Below, in pieces: positions 20,774 to 33,274 of a DNA stretch of 64,000 bases. Where the stretch lies: contig CBDASZ010000002.1 of NCBI GenBank assembly GCA_965199755.1, positions 288,001-352,000 on the forward strand, in the 5' to 3' direction. Positions within the stretch are counted from its first letter, which is position 1. Each line of letters begins with the position of its first letter. This DNA comes from an uncultured candidatus Porisulfidus sp. (GTDB lineage Bacteria > Pseudomonadota > Gammaproteobacteria > Poriferisulfidales > Poriferisulfidaceae). A program made the position numbers and the translations under genes. The notes under the pieces were generated by a model that saw only the letters and a list, made by a program, of their open reading frames with translations, searched no databases and was not told where the DNA came from.

Positions 20774-21544
20774 ATGCCCGTCTCCATCAAGTCCCCTGAA
20801 GAAATCGAGAAAATGCGCGTCGCCGGGCGGCTGGCCGCGGAGGTGCTGGAAATGATCGCCGAACACGTCACCGTCGGCGTGACCACTGACCACCTCAATG
20901 ACATTTGCCACCGCTACATCACCGAAGAACAAGACGCTATTCCAGCGCCGCTGAACTATCTCGGCTTCCCTAAATCCATTTGCACTACCCTGAATCATCA
21001 GGTCTGCCACGGCATCCCCGGACCGCGACCCCTGCAACGCGGCGATATTCTCAACATTGACGTCACCGTCATCAAGGACGGCTATCACGGCGACACCAGC
21101 CGCATGTTCTTCCTCGACAAGCCCTCGGTGCAGGCGCGCCGTCTGGTTGACGCCACTTATGACGCCATGCACCAGGCGATTTGCGCTGTGCGCCCCGGCC
21201 TGAAGCTTGGCGATCTCGGCCACTCCATTCAGCATTTCGCCGAGACCCGGCACTACTCCGTGGTGCGCGAATATTGCGGCCACGGCATCGGGCGCGAATT
21301 TCACGAGGAACCGCAAATCCTGCACTACGGCGATCCCGGCACCGGACTCGCCCTGAAGACCGGCATGACATTCACCATCGAACCGATGATCAATGTCGGG
21401 GCCCGGCACGTCAAACTGATGCCGGATCAGTGGACCGTGGTGACGGCGGATCGTAGTTTATCAGCGCAGTGGGAGCACACCATTTTGGTCACCGAAGACG
21501 GCTTCGAGGTGCTGACCGCGCGCTCCGGCGAGAGTTTCCCGTGA
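20774..21544 (+). CDS. map: Methionine aminopeptidase type I
   Basis: VCHGIP, NIDVT, GDTSR, CGHGIG..FHEEP, TIEPM and AQWEHT motifs. Confidence 0.97.
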   Translation: MPVSIKSPEEIEKMRVAGRLAAEVLEMIAEHVTVGVTTDHLNDICHRYITEEQDAIPAPLNYLGFPKSICTTLNHQVCHGIPGPRPLQRGDILNIDVTVIKDGYHGDTSRMFFLDKPSVQARRLVDATYDAMHQAICAVRPGLKLGDLGHSIQHFAETRHYSVVREYCGHGIGREFHEEPQILHYGDPGTGLALKTGMTFTIEPMINVGARHVKLMPDQWTVVTADRSLSAQWEHTILVTEDGFEVLTARSGESFP

Positions 21545-24213
21545 ACGCCTCATTGAGCAGGGACTTGCTGCAGCGGTATCCGCCCCCTTCCGGTGTCGAA
21601 CCCGGAGCCTGGAAGGTCTGGCTGAACGCCCTGCATGAGGATCTGTCCGGGCAGTTCGACACACAGGATATCGCGACTCTGATCACCGCGCGCGCCGAAC
21701 TTATCGATCATGCGCTGCAACAGTTGTGGCAGGCGCACCAGTTGCATGACACCAACCGTCTGGCGTTGCTGGCGGTGGGCGGTTACGGCCGCGGTGAACT
21801 GCACCCCTACTCTGACATCGACATTCTGGCCGTGCATGACGGACACATTGATCTGGAGGTGCTGACGCCGTTTTTCCAGACGCTGTGGGACAGCGGGCTG
21901 AAACTCTCGCAAAGCGTACGTACCCCGCAGCAATGCCGCGCCGACGCACGAGATGATATCGGCCTGATGACCAGCTGGATGGAACGGCGTTTCCTGTGCG
22001 GTTCGACGGCATTGAACGACGACGTGAATCGCAAACTGACCCACCATGGCGGAGCCTTTCGCGCCGCCTTGTGGGAGCCGAAGAAATTTTTCTACGGCAA
22101 GGTCGAGGAACGTGAGCAGCGGCACGCGCAATTCGGCGGCGGCGCGTATCTGCTGGAACCCAACCTGAAAGAAGGCCCCGGCGGCTTGCGCGACATTCAA
22201 ACGGTGCACTGGATCTTGCAGCGCCACGACCACATCACTGATGCCGCGGCCTTTTGCGACGCGCAGGAGTTGGCCGTGCTGAATGACGGGCGCGAGTTCC
22301 TGTGGCGCACGCGCTTTGCACTGCATGACCTCAGCGGACACGCCGAGGAACGCTTGCATTTCGGCAACCAGCATCAGGTCGCCCAGCGACTTGGCTACAA
22401 CGGCACCAATGTCAATGAGACCATCGAGGCCTTCATGCAGGATTACTACCGCACCACCAGCGAGGTAGACCGTCTGAGCGAAGTGCTGGTGCAGCAATAT
22501 CGAGAGCAGTTGCAGCCGGCCACGCGCTACGCGCCGCAGCCCTTCAATGACTGCTTTCAGATTCTGGACGGCTATCTGGAGACGCGCGCTGAGGATTCCT
22601 TCGAGCGCCACCCGGAAGGACTGCTGGAGTTGTTTTTGATCCTGCAGCAGGCCCCCCATATTCAAGGCGTGCGCGCCCACACCATCCGCGCTGTTCGCGC
22701 GCACCTGTCATTGATTGACGATGCGTTTCGCAGTGCGCCGCGACACCGACAGATATTTCTTGAGATTTTGCGCCAGAAGCAGCACGTCGCCCGCGAGATG
22801 CGGCGGATGCACCGCTACGGCGTGCTGGCCGCCTACTGGCCGGACTTCGCTCGCATCACCGGCAAGGTGCAGCACGATCTGTTCCACATCTATCCGGTCG
22901 ATGAGCACATCCTGCAGGTGCTGACGGAAATGCGCCGCATCGCGCGCTCAGGCGACCCTCAATACGCCCTGTTCGAGCAACTGTTTCTGCAATTCCCCAA
23001 ACCGGAACTGCTGTATCTCGCCGCGCTGTTTCACGACATTGGCAAGGGCCGCGGTGGCGATCATTCCACGCTGGGAGCCGAAGACGCGCAGACCTTCTGC
23101 CTTGAACACGGACTCAGCGAATACGACGCCGGCATCGTGCGCTGGCTGGTACAGCACCACCTGTTGATGTCGATGACCGCGCAAAAGCGTGATACCAGCG
23201 ACCCTGAAGTGATTCGAGAGTTCGCCGATCAGGTTGGCAACGGCGTGCGTCTGCGCGGATTGTTCTTGCTGACGGTGGCGGACTTGCGCGGCACCAACCC
23301 AAGCCTCTGGACACCGTGGCGTGAATCTCTGCTGTACCAGTTGTATCGCGCCACCAACCGCCAGTTGCAGCGCGGCAGTGAGCAGATCGCCAACAGCGAA
23401 CAGCGACTGAACGAACTCAAGGCCTCGGCCATGAAACGTCTGCCGCAACATAGTGCCGAGGCGGCGAAACTTTTGTGGGACACCATGCCCACACACAATT
23501 TGCTGCACTACACGGACAACGAACTGGCGTGGCAGACCGAGTGCATCCTGAGCTGCGCCCCCGACAGTGAAACCCAGGTGTTCGTGCGCCATCAGGGCTC
23601 GCATCACTGCACTGAGATTCTGGTGTACGACCAACACCACGGCGACTTGTTCGTGCCGATCACGGCTACTTTGGCGCGACTGGCGGCCAACGTCCTGTAC
23701 GCGCGCATCACCGAAACCCGACAACAGCACATCCTGCACACCTTTTTGGTCACCGACCCCGAAGGCTTGCCGATCAGTGAAGGTGCGGCTCTGACAGAAC
23801 TTCGCGAACGACTGCAGCGCGCCGTGCGCGCACCATCAGACTCCCGACGCCCGGTGCGGTTGCGCCCGAGATTGCAGACCGAACACTTCCAGGTTCCGAC
23901 TGAAGTCGAGTTCGTGCAGCAGGAACAGCCACCTGAGACGCGCTTGCATTTGAGCACCACGGATCACCCCGGCCTGCTGTGGACCATCAGTTGCGCGCTG
24001 GAGGAATGCGGCGTGCATATTCAACAGGCGCGCATCACCACGCTCGGCGCACAGGCACAAGACGCCTTCGTCATCACCGACGCCTCATCCCAGCAGCCAA
24101 TCACGCACGCGCAAACGCTCAACAAGATTGAAGATAGTTTGCAGGCACGCATCAGGCAGTTGCAAGACAGCCACAATGCCACGGCACCGGAAACTGAGCC
24201 GGAAGCCGCCTGA
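21541..24213 (+). CDS. glnD: [Protein-PII] uridylyltransferase
   Basis: AVGGYGRGELHPYSDID, EPNLKEGPGGLRD, HD domain (LFHDIGKG) and two C-terminal ACT domains; GTG start overlaps the map stop. Confidence 0.96.
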   Translation: MNASLSRDLLQRYPPPSGVEPGAWKVWLNALHEDLSGQFDTQDIATLITARAELIDHALQQLWQAHQLHDTNRLALLAVGGYGRGELHPYSDIDILAVHDGHIDLEVLTPFFQTLWDSGLKLSQSVRTPQQCRADARDDIGLMTSWMERRFLCGSTALNDDVNRKLTHHGGAFRAALWEPKKFFYGKVEEREQRHAQFGGGAYLLEPNLKEGPGGLRDIQTVHWILQRHDHITDAAAFCDAQELAVLNDGREFLWRTRFALHDLSGHAEERLHFGNQHQVAQRLGYNGTNVNETIEAFMQDYYRTTSEVDRLSEVLVQQYREQLQPATRYAPQPFNDCFQILDGYLETRAEDSFERHPEGLLELFLILQQAPHIQGVRAHTIRAVRAHLSLIDDAFRSAPRHRQIFLEILRQKQHVAREMRRMHRYGVLAAYWPDFARITGKVQHDLFHIYPVDEHILQVLTEMRRIARSGDPQYALFEQLFLQFPKPELLYLAALFHDIGKGRGGDHSTLGAEDAQTFCLEHGLSEYDAGIVRWLVQHHLLMSMTAQKRDTSDPEVIREFADQVGNGVRLRGLFLLTVADLRGTNPSLWTPWRESLLYQLYRATNRQLQRGSEQIANSEQRLNELKASAMKRLPQHSAEAAKLLWDTMPTHNLLHYTDNELAWQTECILSCAPDSETQVFVRHQGSHHCTEILVYDQHHGDLFVPITATLARLAANVLYARITETRQQHILHTFLVTDPEGLPISEGAALTELRERLQRAVRAPSDSRRPVRLRPRLQTEHFQVPTEVEFVQQEQPPETRLHLSTTDHPGLLWTISCALEECGVHIQQARITTLGAQAQDAFVITDASSQQPITHAQTLNKIEDSLQARIRQLQDSHNATAPETEPEAA

Positions 24214-24255
24214 CGCCACATTAGAATAAAGGTCAATGAAAATCGGTTGCCTCTG

Positions 24256-26850
24256 ATGCCCTCATCCCAACCCCAGCATACCCCGGTCATGCGGCGCTAT
24301 CTGGAGTTGAAAGCACAACACCCGGAGCATTTGCTGCTCTACCGCATGGGGGATTTCTATGAGCTGTTCTATGAGGACGCGCAGGAAGCCGCGCAACTGC
24401 TCGACATCGCGCTGACCGAACGCGGACGCTCCGCCAACAAGCCGATTCCGATGGCCGGCGTGCCGGTGGGCGCCGTCGACACCTATCTCGCCAAACTCAC
24501 CCGCCTCGGCAAGTCCGCCGTGGTCTGCGAACAGGTCGGTGAAAGCCCGGATGGCCGCGGCCCGATGGAGCGCGAGGTGGCGCGCATCATCACACCCGGC
24601 ACCCTGATTGAAGAAGAACTGCTAGAGGCCGGACAGGATACGCTGTTGGCGGCACTGTGGCTGCAGGAACCATTCGGATGCGCCACGCTGAACCTCAGTT
24701 CCGGCAGGCTGCGCACCATGCAACTGGAGAGCCGTGAGGATCTGTACGCGGAACTGGAGCGCTTGCGCCCGGCCGAGATCCTCTATCCGGAGACCGCCAC
24801 GCCGCTGGACTTCAGCGCCACACACTGGCAGCCGCTAAGCGACTGGCATTTTGATGCGGAGGCGGCGACCCGCCTGCTGTGTGAGCAGTTCGAAGTGCGC
24901 GATCTGTCGGGCTTCGATTGTGATGACGCCCCCGCCGCCATCAGCGCGGCAGGCGCTCTGATCTATTACGCGCAGGAAACCCAGCGCGCCGCGCTGCCAC
25001 ACATCAACAGCATGCAGCGCGAGCGCCGTGAACGCTATATCACTCTGGACGCGGCGACACGCCGCAACCTGGAACTGGAACGTAGTTCCTCCGGTCAAAC
25101 CAAACACAGCCTGATCGGGGCACTGGACCAAACCGTCACTGCCATGGGCCGGCGCTGTCTGGGCCGCTGGGTCAACACCCCCTTGCGCGACCGCGAGGCC
25201 CTGATCGCGCGCCATCGCATCGTGTCCGAATTGCGCGACAGTCCGCAACTGAACTCCCTGCGCGAACAGTTGCGCAAAAGTTTTGATATCGAGCGCGTGA
25301 TCGCGCGCATCGCGCTGCGCTCCGCGTCGCCCCGGGATTTGCACGGACTCGGCGAGACGCTGGCGCAACTGCCGACACTGCGGACGCTGCTGCAATCACT
25401 GGAAAGCCCGGAATGGGAGCCGTATCACATGGCGCTGCAGCATGACGCAGCGATTGAAGAGTATCTGCGCCGTGCGTTAAACCCACCGCCGCTGCCACCA
25501 TCGATTCGCGACGGCGGGGCCATCGCAGCCGGATTCGATGCTGAACTCGACGAGTTGCGCGTGTTGGCGTCCGGCTCTGAAGAGCAACTGCTGCGTATGG
25601 AAGAGCAAGAGCGTGAGAGCAGTGGCATCGCGCAGTTGAAAATCTCTTACAACCGCGTGCACGGCTACTATATTGAGTTGCCGCGTCACTGCGCTGATCG
25701 TGCGCCAGAGCATTATCGCCGCCGCCAGACACTGAAAAATGTAGAGCGCTATCTCACGCCGGAACTCAAGGAGTTCGAAGATCGCATCCTGAGTGCGCAA
25801 AGCAAGATGCTGGAGCGGGAAAAGCAGTTGTATCAGGAATTGCTGGCGTACCTGATGCCGCATCTCGACGCCTTTAGAAGGCACGCCGAAGCGCTGGCGG
25901 AACTGGATGTGCTGGCCTGCTTCGCCGAGGGCGCGAGACGCCATCAGTACTGCACGCCGGAGCTGGTCGAAGAGCCGGGCATCCACATTGAGGCCGGGCG
26001 TCATCCCGTGCTCGAACAGATTCTTGACGAACCCTTTGTGCCAAATGATGCGCTGTTGTCCGAACAGCGGCGGCTGCTGCTCATCACCGGGCCCAACATG
26101 GGCGGCAAATCCACCTACATGCGCCAGATCGCCTTGATTGTGCTGATGGCTTGCATTGGCAGCCATGTGCCGGCGCAGGTTGCGCGAATTGGTCCGATCG
26201 ACCGTATCTTCACCCGCATCGGCGCGGCCGATGACCTGGCATCCGGGCGTTCCACATTCATGGTGGAAATGACCGAAGCGGCCAGCATTTTGCATCACGC
26301 CACCGATTCCAGTCTGGTGTTAATGGACGAGATCGGCCGCGGCACCAGCACCTTTGACGGCTTGGCGCTGGCGTTGAGTTGCGCGGAGCACCTTGCGGCC
26401 AAAAACCGCGCATTGTGTCTGTTCGCGACGCATTATTTTGAACTGACGCAACTGGCGGATTGTCACAACGGCATCGTCAACCTGCATCTCGACGCCAGTT
26501 TGCACGGGCAGCAAATTGCGTTCCTGCACAGCGTGCGGGAAGGCCCGGCCAGCCAGAGTTACGGCCTGCAAGTCGCGCAACTGGCCGGCATTCCGGTGCC
26601 GGTAGTGGAACGGGCGCGCGAGTACTTGCGCGAGCTGGAAGATGACAGCACCGGGCGCTGGTCGAGGGACGCCACGCAAACCGATATGTTCGCCCGATCA
26701 AAGAAGACCGCCACTCCGACCACGACTGCGACCGAGACCGAGCGGCGCCTGCGTGCCCTCAAACCGGATCAGTTGTCGCCCAAGGAAGCGCTGGATCTAC
26801 TGTACGAACTCAAGGAACTTCAGGTCCGCAAGTCAGACAAGGACGCATGA
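24256..26850 (+). CDS. mutS: DNA mismatch repair protein MutS
   Basis: [36 protein letters not shown] and ATHYFEL motifs. Confidence 0.98.
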   Translation: MPSSQPQHTPVMRRYLELKAQHPEHLLLYRMGDFYELFYEDAQEAAQLLDIALTERGRSANKPIPMAGVPVGAVDTYLAKLTRLGKSAVVCEQVGESPDGRGPMEREVARIITPGTLIEEELLEAGQDTLLAALWLQEPFGCATLNLSSGRLRTMQLESREDLYAELERLRPAEILYPETATPLDFSATHWQPLSDWHFDAEAATRLLCEQFEVRDLSGFDCDDAPAAISAAGALIYYAQETQRAALPHINSMQRERRERYITLDAATRRNLELERSSSGQTKHSLIGALDQTVTAMGRRCLGRWVNTPLRDREALIARHRIVSELRDSPQLNSLREQLRKSFDIERVIARIALRSASPRDLHGLGETLAQLPTLRTLLQSLESPEWEPYHMALQHDAAIEEYLRRALNPPPLPPSIRDGGAIAAGFDAELDELRVLASGSEEQLLRMEEQERESSGIAQLKISYNRVHGYYIELPRHCADRAPEHYRRRQTLKNVERYLTPELKEFEDRILSAQSKMLEREKQLYQELLAYLMPHLDAFRRHAEALAELDVLACFAEGARRHQYCTPELVEEPGIHIEAGRHPVLEQILDEPFVPNDALLSEQRRLLLITGPNMGGKSTYMRQIALIVLMACIGSHVPAQVARIGPIDRIFTRIGAADDLASGRSTFMVEMTEAASILHHATDSSLVLMDEIGRGTSTFDGLALALSCAEHLAAKNRALCLFATHYFELTQLADCHNGIVNLHLDASLHGQQIAFLHSVREGPASQSYGLQVAQLAGIPVPVVERAREYLRELEDDSTGRWSRDATQTDMFARSKKTATPTTTATETERRLRALKPDQLSPKEALDLLYELKELQVRKSDKDA

Positions 26851-29084
26851 GTGATCCCAGCATTGGACGCCGCATTCTGAGGCAGTTGACGGCTCCGGCG
26901 CGACAGTTGTACCGCAATTTGCAGCAAGGCCCAGCGCGGCTGCCGGAAGAACTGATAGAACAAGGCCCGCGGGTGCGGGCCAGCGCGCAATTCGGTGGCA
27001 TGGGGGAGCGCGAATTGCAGTTGCGCATGGAGCAGATCGTCGAGCGCATCCTGTCGTCGCGCCACAGCGTCATGGAGCCCGCGAAACAACTGGCAGCCTT
27101 CAATCATGTGGAACAGCAGCGCTTTCTGAAGTCGGCACAAACGCTGTGCGAATCCAACGCCGAACTGGCCTATCAGTTTTTTCACTTCGGCGTCCCGTCC
27201 CTGCGCGACATTGATGAGCAGTATTGGGAAGGCTGGGAAGGTCATCTGTGTGAGTGCTTCGATCGCCAAGGCGTTCAGGGTGCCATTGAGGCCATGCAGC
27301 AGGTGGAGAGCTACTTGCAACGCATTTTGGGCACCCCGCAGACTGTGCGACTCGAAGATATCGAATCACTGATTGAATCGCTATTGATTGGTTTTGGCGG
27401 GCGGGCGCTCAAGGTCGATGTGGCACAGGCGGGCATACCGTGGACCGATACCGAGTGCGTGTATCTCCCGGAACGCATCGAATGCGCCACCACCCGCGAG
27501 GAGAACTTCGATTTGTTCAAGGCAGCCACCGCCCATCTGTGGGCGCAAGCCCGCTACGGCACCTATCGCATTCCCGCACAATCCTGGTCGGCATACGACA
27601 GTCCCAGACACGCGCGGACACTGTACTGCGCTTTGGAGACCCTGCGTCTTGATGCCCGCCTGCAGCGGGATCTGCCAGGTATTGGGCGCATTCTGGCGCA
27701 GCACAATCCGCACGCCGCATGGAGCAATCTCTCCGAACCGTGGGCGCGCGCAGTGCGCGAACTGCGCAACCCGAAAGCGCGCGCGGAAGATTCCATGCGT
27801 CTGCTTCAGTCGGTGTACGTGGAATCTGCGAAACTTCCAGACGTCGCCTACCGAAGCGTCCTGCAGCCGGAACTGGCGGCCAACGTCATGGCCACACGCA
27901 TTGGGGATGAGCGCCAGCAACTGGCCGCGGCCCTGATGGAGTTAAGCAAGGAACTTGAGGCCCGGCGCGACTCAGAAGAAGAGACCCGCTTCACCATGCG
28001 CCCGCGCGACGGCTACATGGCAGATGAGTTCGCCTTCACGCTGGAGGTCGACGGCGAGGCCGTCACCCCGACCCCTGACGTACAACAGTTGCTGGAATCA
28101 ATCCTGCAGGATCTCGGCGAGATCCCTGATGAGTATCTTGAGCCTGCCGGTGCCGGTGCCTACGATGCCGAGACGGATGCCGCCGAAGCCGAGGCCGCGG
28201 GCGGACACGGGACCCCGGATTATGTCTACCCTGAATGGGATCATTCCCGGCAGAAATACCGCCCGGACTGGTGCCACATCTACGAACGCCCCATCACCGG
28301 CAGCAGTGAAGCATTTGTGCAGCAGGTTCAAGAGCGCCATCACCGCTTGCTCGACGGATTGCGGCGCACGTTTGAAGCCCTGCGCGACGAGGAAAAATGG
28401 ATGCGGCATGAACCCCATGGCGACGAGCTGGACCTCAACAGTTTCGTGTCCGCCTACATTGACGCGCAACGTGGTGAGGAAATGGACGAGCGCCTATTCG
28501 CGCGGCGCAAGAAAATGGATCGCGACATCGCGGTGATGTTTCTGGTCGATATGAGCGGCTCCACTTCAGGCTGGATTAATGATCTGGTGCGCGAGTCTTT
28601 GGTGCTGCTGTGCAGCGCGCTTGAGACGCTGGGGGATCGTTATGCGATTTACGGATTTTCCGGGCGCACGCACCGCAACTGTGAGTTGTATCCGATCAAG
28701 ACCCTGCGGGAGCCTTACAACGCCGACGTGCGCCAGCGCATCAGCGGCATCACGCCGCGTGACTACACGCGCATGGGCGTGATGATTCGGCACTTGACGC
28801 AGTTGCTGAAGGAGGCCGAGGCACGCACCCGGCTACTGATTACGCTGTCCGACGGCAAGCCGGATGATCAGGACGGCTATCGCGGCCGCTACGGCATTGA
28901 AGACACCCGCCAAGCGCTCAATGAAGCGCGCAATTTGGGCATTCGCTCATACTGCGTTACGATAGACGAGGCAGGCATGGAGTATCTGCCGCATATGTAC
29001 GGAGCCTCCAACTTCGCAGTGGTCAACCAGATCGCGAAACTGCCCCTTAAAGTCTCGGATATCTACCGCCGCCTGACCTTATGA
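26847..29084 (+). CDS. NorD/CbbO-family von Willebrand factor A protein (adaptor of MoxR-type AAA+ ATPases)
   Basis: [43 protein letters not shown] and [17 protein letters not shown] motifs. Confidence 0.88.
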   Translation: MSDPSIGRRILRQLTAPARQLYRNLQQGPARLPEELIEQGPRVRASAQFGGMGERELQLRMEQIVERILSSRHSVMEPAKQLAAFNHVEQQRFLKSAQTLCESNAELAYQFFHFGVPSLRDIDEQYWEGWEGHLCECFDRQGVQGAIEAMQQVESYLQRILGTPQTVRLEDIESLIESLLIGFGGRALKVDVAQAGIPWTDTECVYLPERIECATTREENFDLFKAATAHLWAQARYGTYRIPAQSWSAYDSPRHARTLYCALETLRLDARLQRDLPGIGRILAQHNPHAAWSNLSEPWARAVRELRNPKARAEDSMRLLQSVYVESAKLPDVAYRSVLQPELAANVMATRIGDERQQLAAALMELSKELEARRDSEEETRFTMRPRDGYMADEFAFTLEVDGEAVTPTPDVQQLLESILQDLGEIPDEYLEPAGAGAYDAETDAAEAEAAGGHGTPDYVYPEWDHSRQKYRPDWCHIYERPITGSSEAFVQQVQERHHRLLDGLRRTFEALRDEEKWMRHEPHGDELDLNSFVSAYIDAQRGEEMDERLFARRKKMDRDIAVMFLVDMSGSTSGWINDLVRESLVLLCSALETLGDRYAIYGFSGRTHRNCELYPIKTLREPYNADVRQRISGITPRDYTRMGVMIRHLTQLLKEAEARTRLLITLSDGKPDDQDGYRGRYGIEDTRQALNEARNLGIRSYCVTIDEAGMEYLPHMYGASNFAVVNQIAKLPLKVSDIYRRLTL

Positions 29085-29797
29085 CTGGACCGGCCCAGAC
29101 CTTGCCGATGCTGGCACTCATCGCCCTCCTAGCGACAGCCTGCGGTGCCCAGAACGTCCCCGCGGGCATCAAGGGATTCGCCAAAAGCGACGTCGATTAC
29201 CTGCTTGACAAGCATCTGCACAACACCGAAGACAATTTGCTGCTGCTGATGGAGGAGTTGTACCGGCTGAACCCGGAACAACTGGCCAAAACTCCTGATG
29301 CGACCGTCGCCAAGCGCACAGCGTTGCTGCTACCGAACCGTTCCTACGACGAATTGCGTTTCGATGAGATCAACGGACACCGCGGCCGTGGCGCGATCCG
29401 ACTGGCGTTCCACCCCCGTTTCAAAGGCGACCGGGTCTTCACCTTGATGATCGGACTGGTCAGCCAAATGCGCATTGCCTACAACGATCAGCTGGAATTT
29501 TTCATGTTTGATCAGGTGCACGCGAAGAATCTGAGCGTGTTTCGCACCAATCTGGAAGTGGTCGGCCTGAGCCTGCAGCGCCAAACCGGAAAGGACGGTG
29601 CTCCGTTGCTGCGCTTCAAGCCGCAGCGCACCACCGCCGACGCCAAGCAGTTGCAGCCGCCCGGCGTCCTGCAGATTCTCGAGCGCACGGTCGGCCAGTT
29701 GCAGGTGCTGATTGACATCGGAGACGACGAACGGCGCACCACCGCCGGTGCGACTCGCACCGCCACCATGCTGTTGCTACCCCTGCCCATCCCATAA
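29081..29797 (+). CDS. Hypothetical lipoprotein
   Basis: Lipobox LATAC after a hydrophobic stretch; start overlaps the stop of the VWA gene. Confidence 0.7.
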   Translation: MTGPAQTLPMLALIALLATACGAQNVPAGIKGFAKSDVDYLLDKHLHNTEDNLLLLMEELYRLNPEQLAKTPDATVAKRTALLLPNRSYDELRFDEINGHRGRGAIRLAFHPRFKGDRVFTLMIGLVSQMRIAYNDQLEFFMFDQVHAKNLSVFRTNLEVVGLSLQRQTGKDGAPLLRFKPQRTTADAKQLQPPGVLQILERTVGQLQVLIDIGDDERRTTAGATRTATMLLLPLPIP

Positions 29798-29810
29798 GGA
29801 ACCGATAAAA

Positions 29811-31709
<1,899 letters not shown>

Positions 31710-31747
31710 AGTTCACGCGCCTCCGTCATTGCGCTGCGCCTTGGAAA

Positions 31748-31825
31748 TGGCTGGGCCGGCAGGATTCGAACCTGCGAATGCGGGGATCAAAACCCCGTGC
31801 CTTAACCTGACTTGGCGACGGCCCA
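31748..31825 (-). tRNA. tRNA-Gln(TTG)
   Basis: Reverse complement TGGGCCG..GCCAAGTCAGGTTAAGGC..CGGGG-TTTTGAT-CCCCG..GCAGGTTCGAATCCTGC-CGGCCCA-GCCA folds as a cloverleaf with encoded CCA; canonical ispE-tRNA-Gln-prs position. Confidence 0.96.
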
Positions 31826-31832
31826 ACATTCA

Positions 31833-32672
31833 TCATGTTCCCACCAGACCGAGCACCGGAGCGCGCGAAAGACCCTTCGCCACACGGGCATCCCAGTCTT
31901 CGGGACATTGCGCCGCAAGCTGTTCGGCCTGCGCCTGATCGGCGCACCAGGCGAACACCGAGCCGCCGGAGCCAGTCACTCCAGCCGGCGCGGACTCGCG
32001 CAAATGCCGCAAGCGCACGGCAATTTCCGGATGCCGCGCACACAGCCATGGCTCAAACACGTTGCTCCCCAAATGCATCTGTGCAACGTCTATTGTGATA
32101 GGCGTGCGCCATTGTGTCAATTTCACCGCCCGATAGGCCTGCCCCGTATCCACCGGAACCGGTGCCGGCAACACCACCGCCACACCTTCGCGCGGCTCCA
32201 TCGGAGTCAGTTTCTCGCCAATGCCTTCCATCCATGCAGCGCCGCCCCACACAAATAGCGGCACATCCGCGCCAAGGCGCAAACCGAGCGCGGCCAACTC
32301 CGAGCGCGTCCATGGATCCCCCCACAAATGATTGAGTCCATGCAATACGACGGCCGCATCTGAACTGCCGCCGCCCAACCCGCCACCCCAGGCAATGCGC
32401 TTGTGCAGGAACATATTCACCCCGTGCCCCTCGGCATGATGCTCCAGCGCCAGCCGCGCGGCGCGCACGCACAGATTGTCATCTGATCCCAGTTCCCCGC
32501 CTGTAGTATCGGAGTAGGTCACCTTGCGGTCCGCGCGTGGCTCCAGCTCCAGCGTATCGCTCCAGTCGATCATCTGGCACCAGCTCTGGAGTTCGTGGTA
32601 GCCGTCCTCACGCCGCCCCGTGACGTGCAGCATCAGATTGAGTTTGGCGCATGCGCGCAACTCCAGCGTCAT
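31833..32672 (-). CDS. ispE: 4-diphosphocytidyl-2-C-methyl-D-erythritol kinase
   Basis: AKLNLMLHVTGRREDGYHELQS, GGGLGGGSSDAA, LGADVP and TGSG motifs. Confidence 0.96.
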   Translation of the reverse strand: MTLELRACAKLNLMLHVTGRREDGYHELQSWCQMIDWSDTLELEPRADRKVTYSDTTGGELGSDDNLCVRAARLALEHHAEGHGVNMFLHKRIAWGGGLGGGSSDAAVVLHGLNHLWGDPWTRSELAALGLRLGADVPLFVWGGAAWMEGIGEKLTPMEPREGVAVVLPAPVPVDTGQAYRAVKLTQWRTPITIDVAQMHLGSNVFEPWLCARHPEIAVRLRHLRESAPAGVTGSGGSVFAWCADQAQAEQLAAQCPEDWDARVAKGLSRAPVLGLVGT

Positions 32673-33274
32673 TCGCGCACCCATTCACGCACCGCCACAG
32701 CGCCACGCAACTCCTCGTACGTGAAGCGCATATGTCCGGGCAAGGCCGGCTCGGCGCAACAACTGTAGTCCTGATATTCCACTTGCCAGCCATTTTGCTC
32801 GATGCGCCGCGCGCGCGCCTGCGCGTCGTATTCCAGGTGAGTGGCCTCACCGGAAGGCGGCAGTCCGCGCACCAGACGCGCCAGTTCCACAAACGGCAGT
32901 GCCACACCGAGGTGCTCGCGCAGCAACGGCGCAAGCTGTCCGGCGTATTCCGCCTTGCCATCGTGCAGCACCCCTGTGCCGGTCTCCCAATCTCCCTGCA
33001 CCTGGATCGCGCCCAAACCGAAAGGCCCGCGCAAACTCATCTCAAACATCGTCCCTTGCTGCTTCCATGTCAGCGCACCCTGCAGTTGTCCCTCAGACCA
33101 CATCACGCCAAAGCGCCCACGCAGTTCCCAATGATCCATGGCCTCCAGCTGAGCCGCGTGCTGCTGCCAGCGCGCCTGCATCTGGCTTGCATCCTGCAAT
33201 TCGGGGTCGGGCAACAGCGCGCATCCTGCAAGCAGCGCGACCGACAACACACTGCTGATTCCTCTGCGCGTCAT
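32669..33274 (-). CDS. lolB: Outer membrane lipoprotein insertase LolB
   Basis: Lipobox LLAGC; W.L.GR, W.Q, L.GPFG, LG..LP and Q.GW.V.Y patterns; upstream of ispE. Confidence 0.9.
   Translation of the reverse strand: MTRRGISSVLSVALLAGCALLPDPELQDASQMQARWQQHAAQLEAMDHWELRGRFGVMWSEGQLQGALTWKQQGTMFEMSLRGPFGLGAIQVQGDWETGTGVLHDGKAEYAGQLAPLLREHLGVALPFVELARLVRGLPPSGEATHLEYDAQARARRIEQNGWQVEYQDYSCCAEPALPGHMRFTYEELRGAVAVREWVRE

Noticed and set aside
21550-26298. Long antisense ORFs opposite glnD and mutS (similar ones lie opposite ptsI, prfA, topA and priA)
   Set aside because: Expected stop-poor shadow frames in GC-rich coding DNA; no recognisable motifs.
26701-26745. Imperfect short repeats at the end of mutS ([11 protein letters not shown])
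   Set aside because: Low-complexity linker before the C-terminal domain; not a perfect tandem repeat or phase-variable tract.
31748-31825. tRNA-Gln as an integration site
   Set aside because: No duplicated 3' end and no integrase; the flanks are the canonical ispE and prs.
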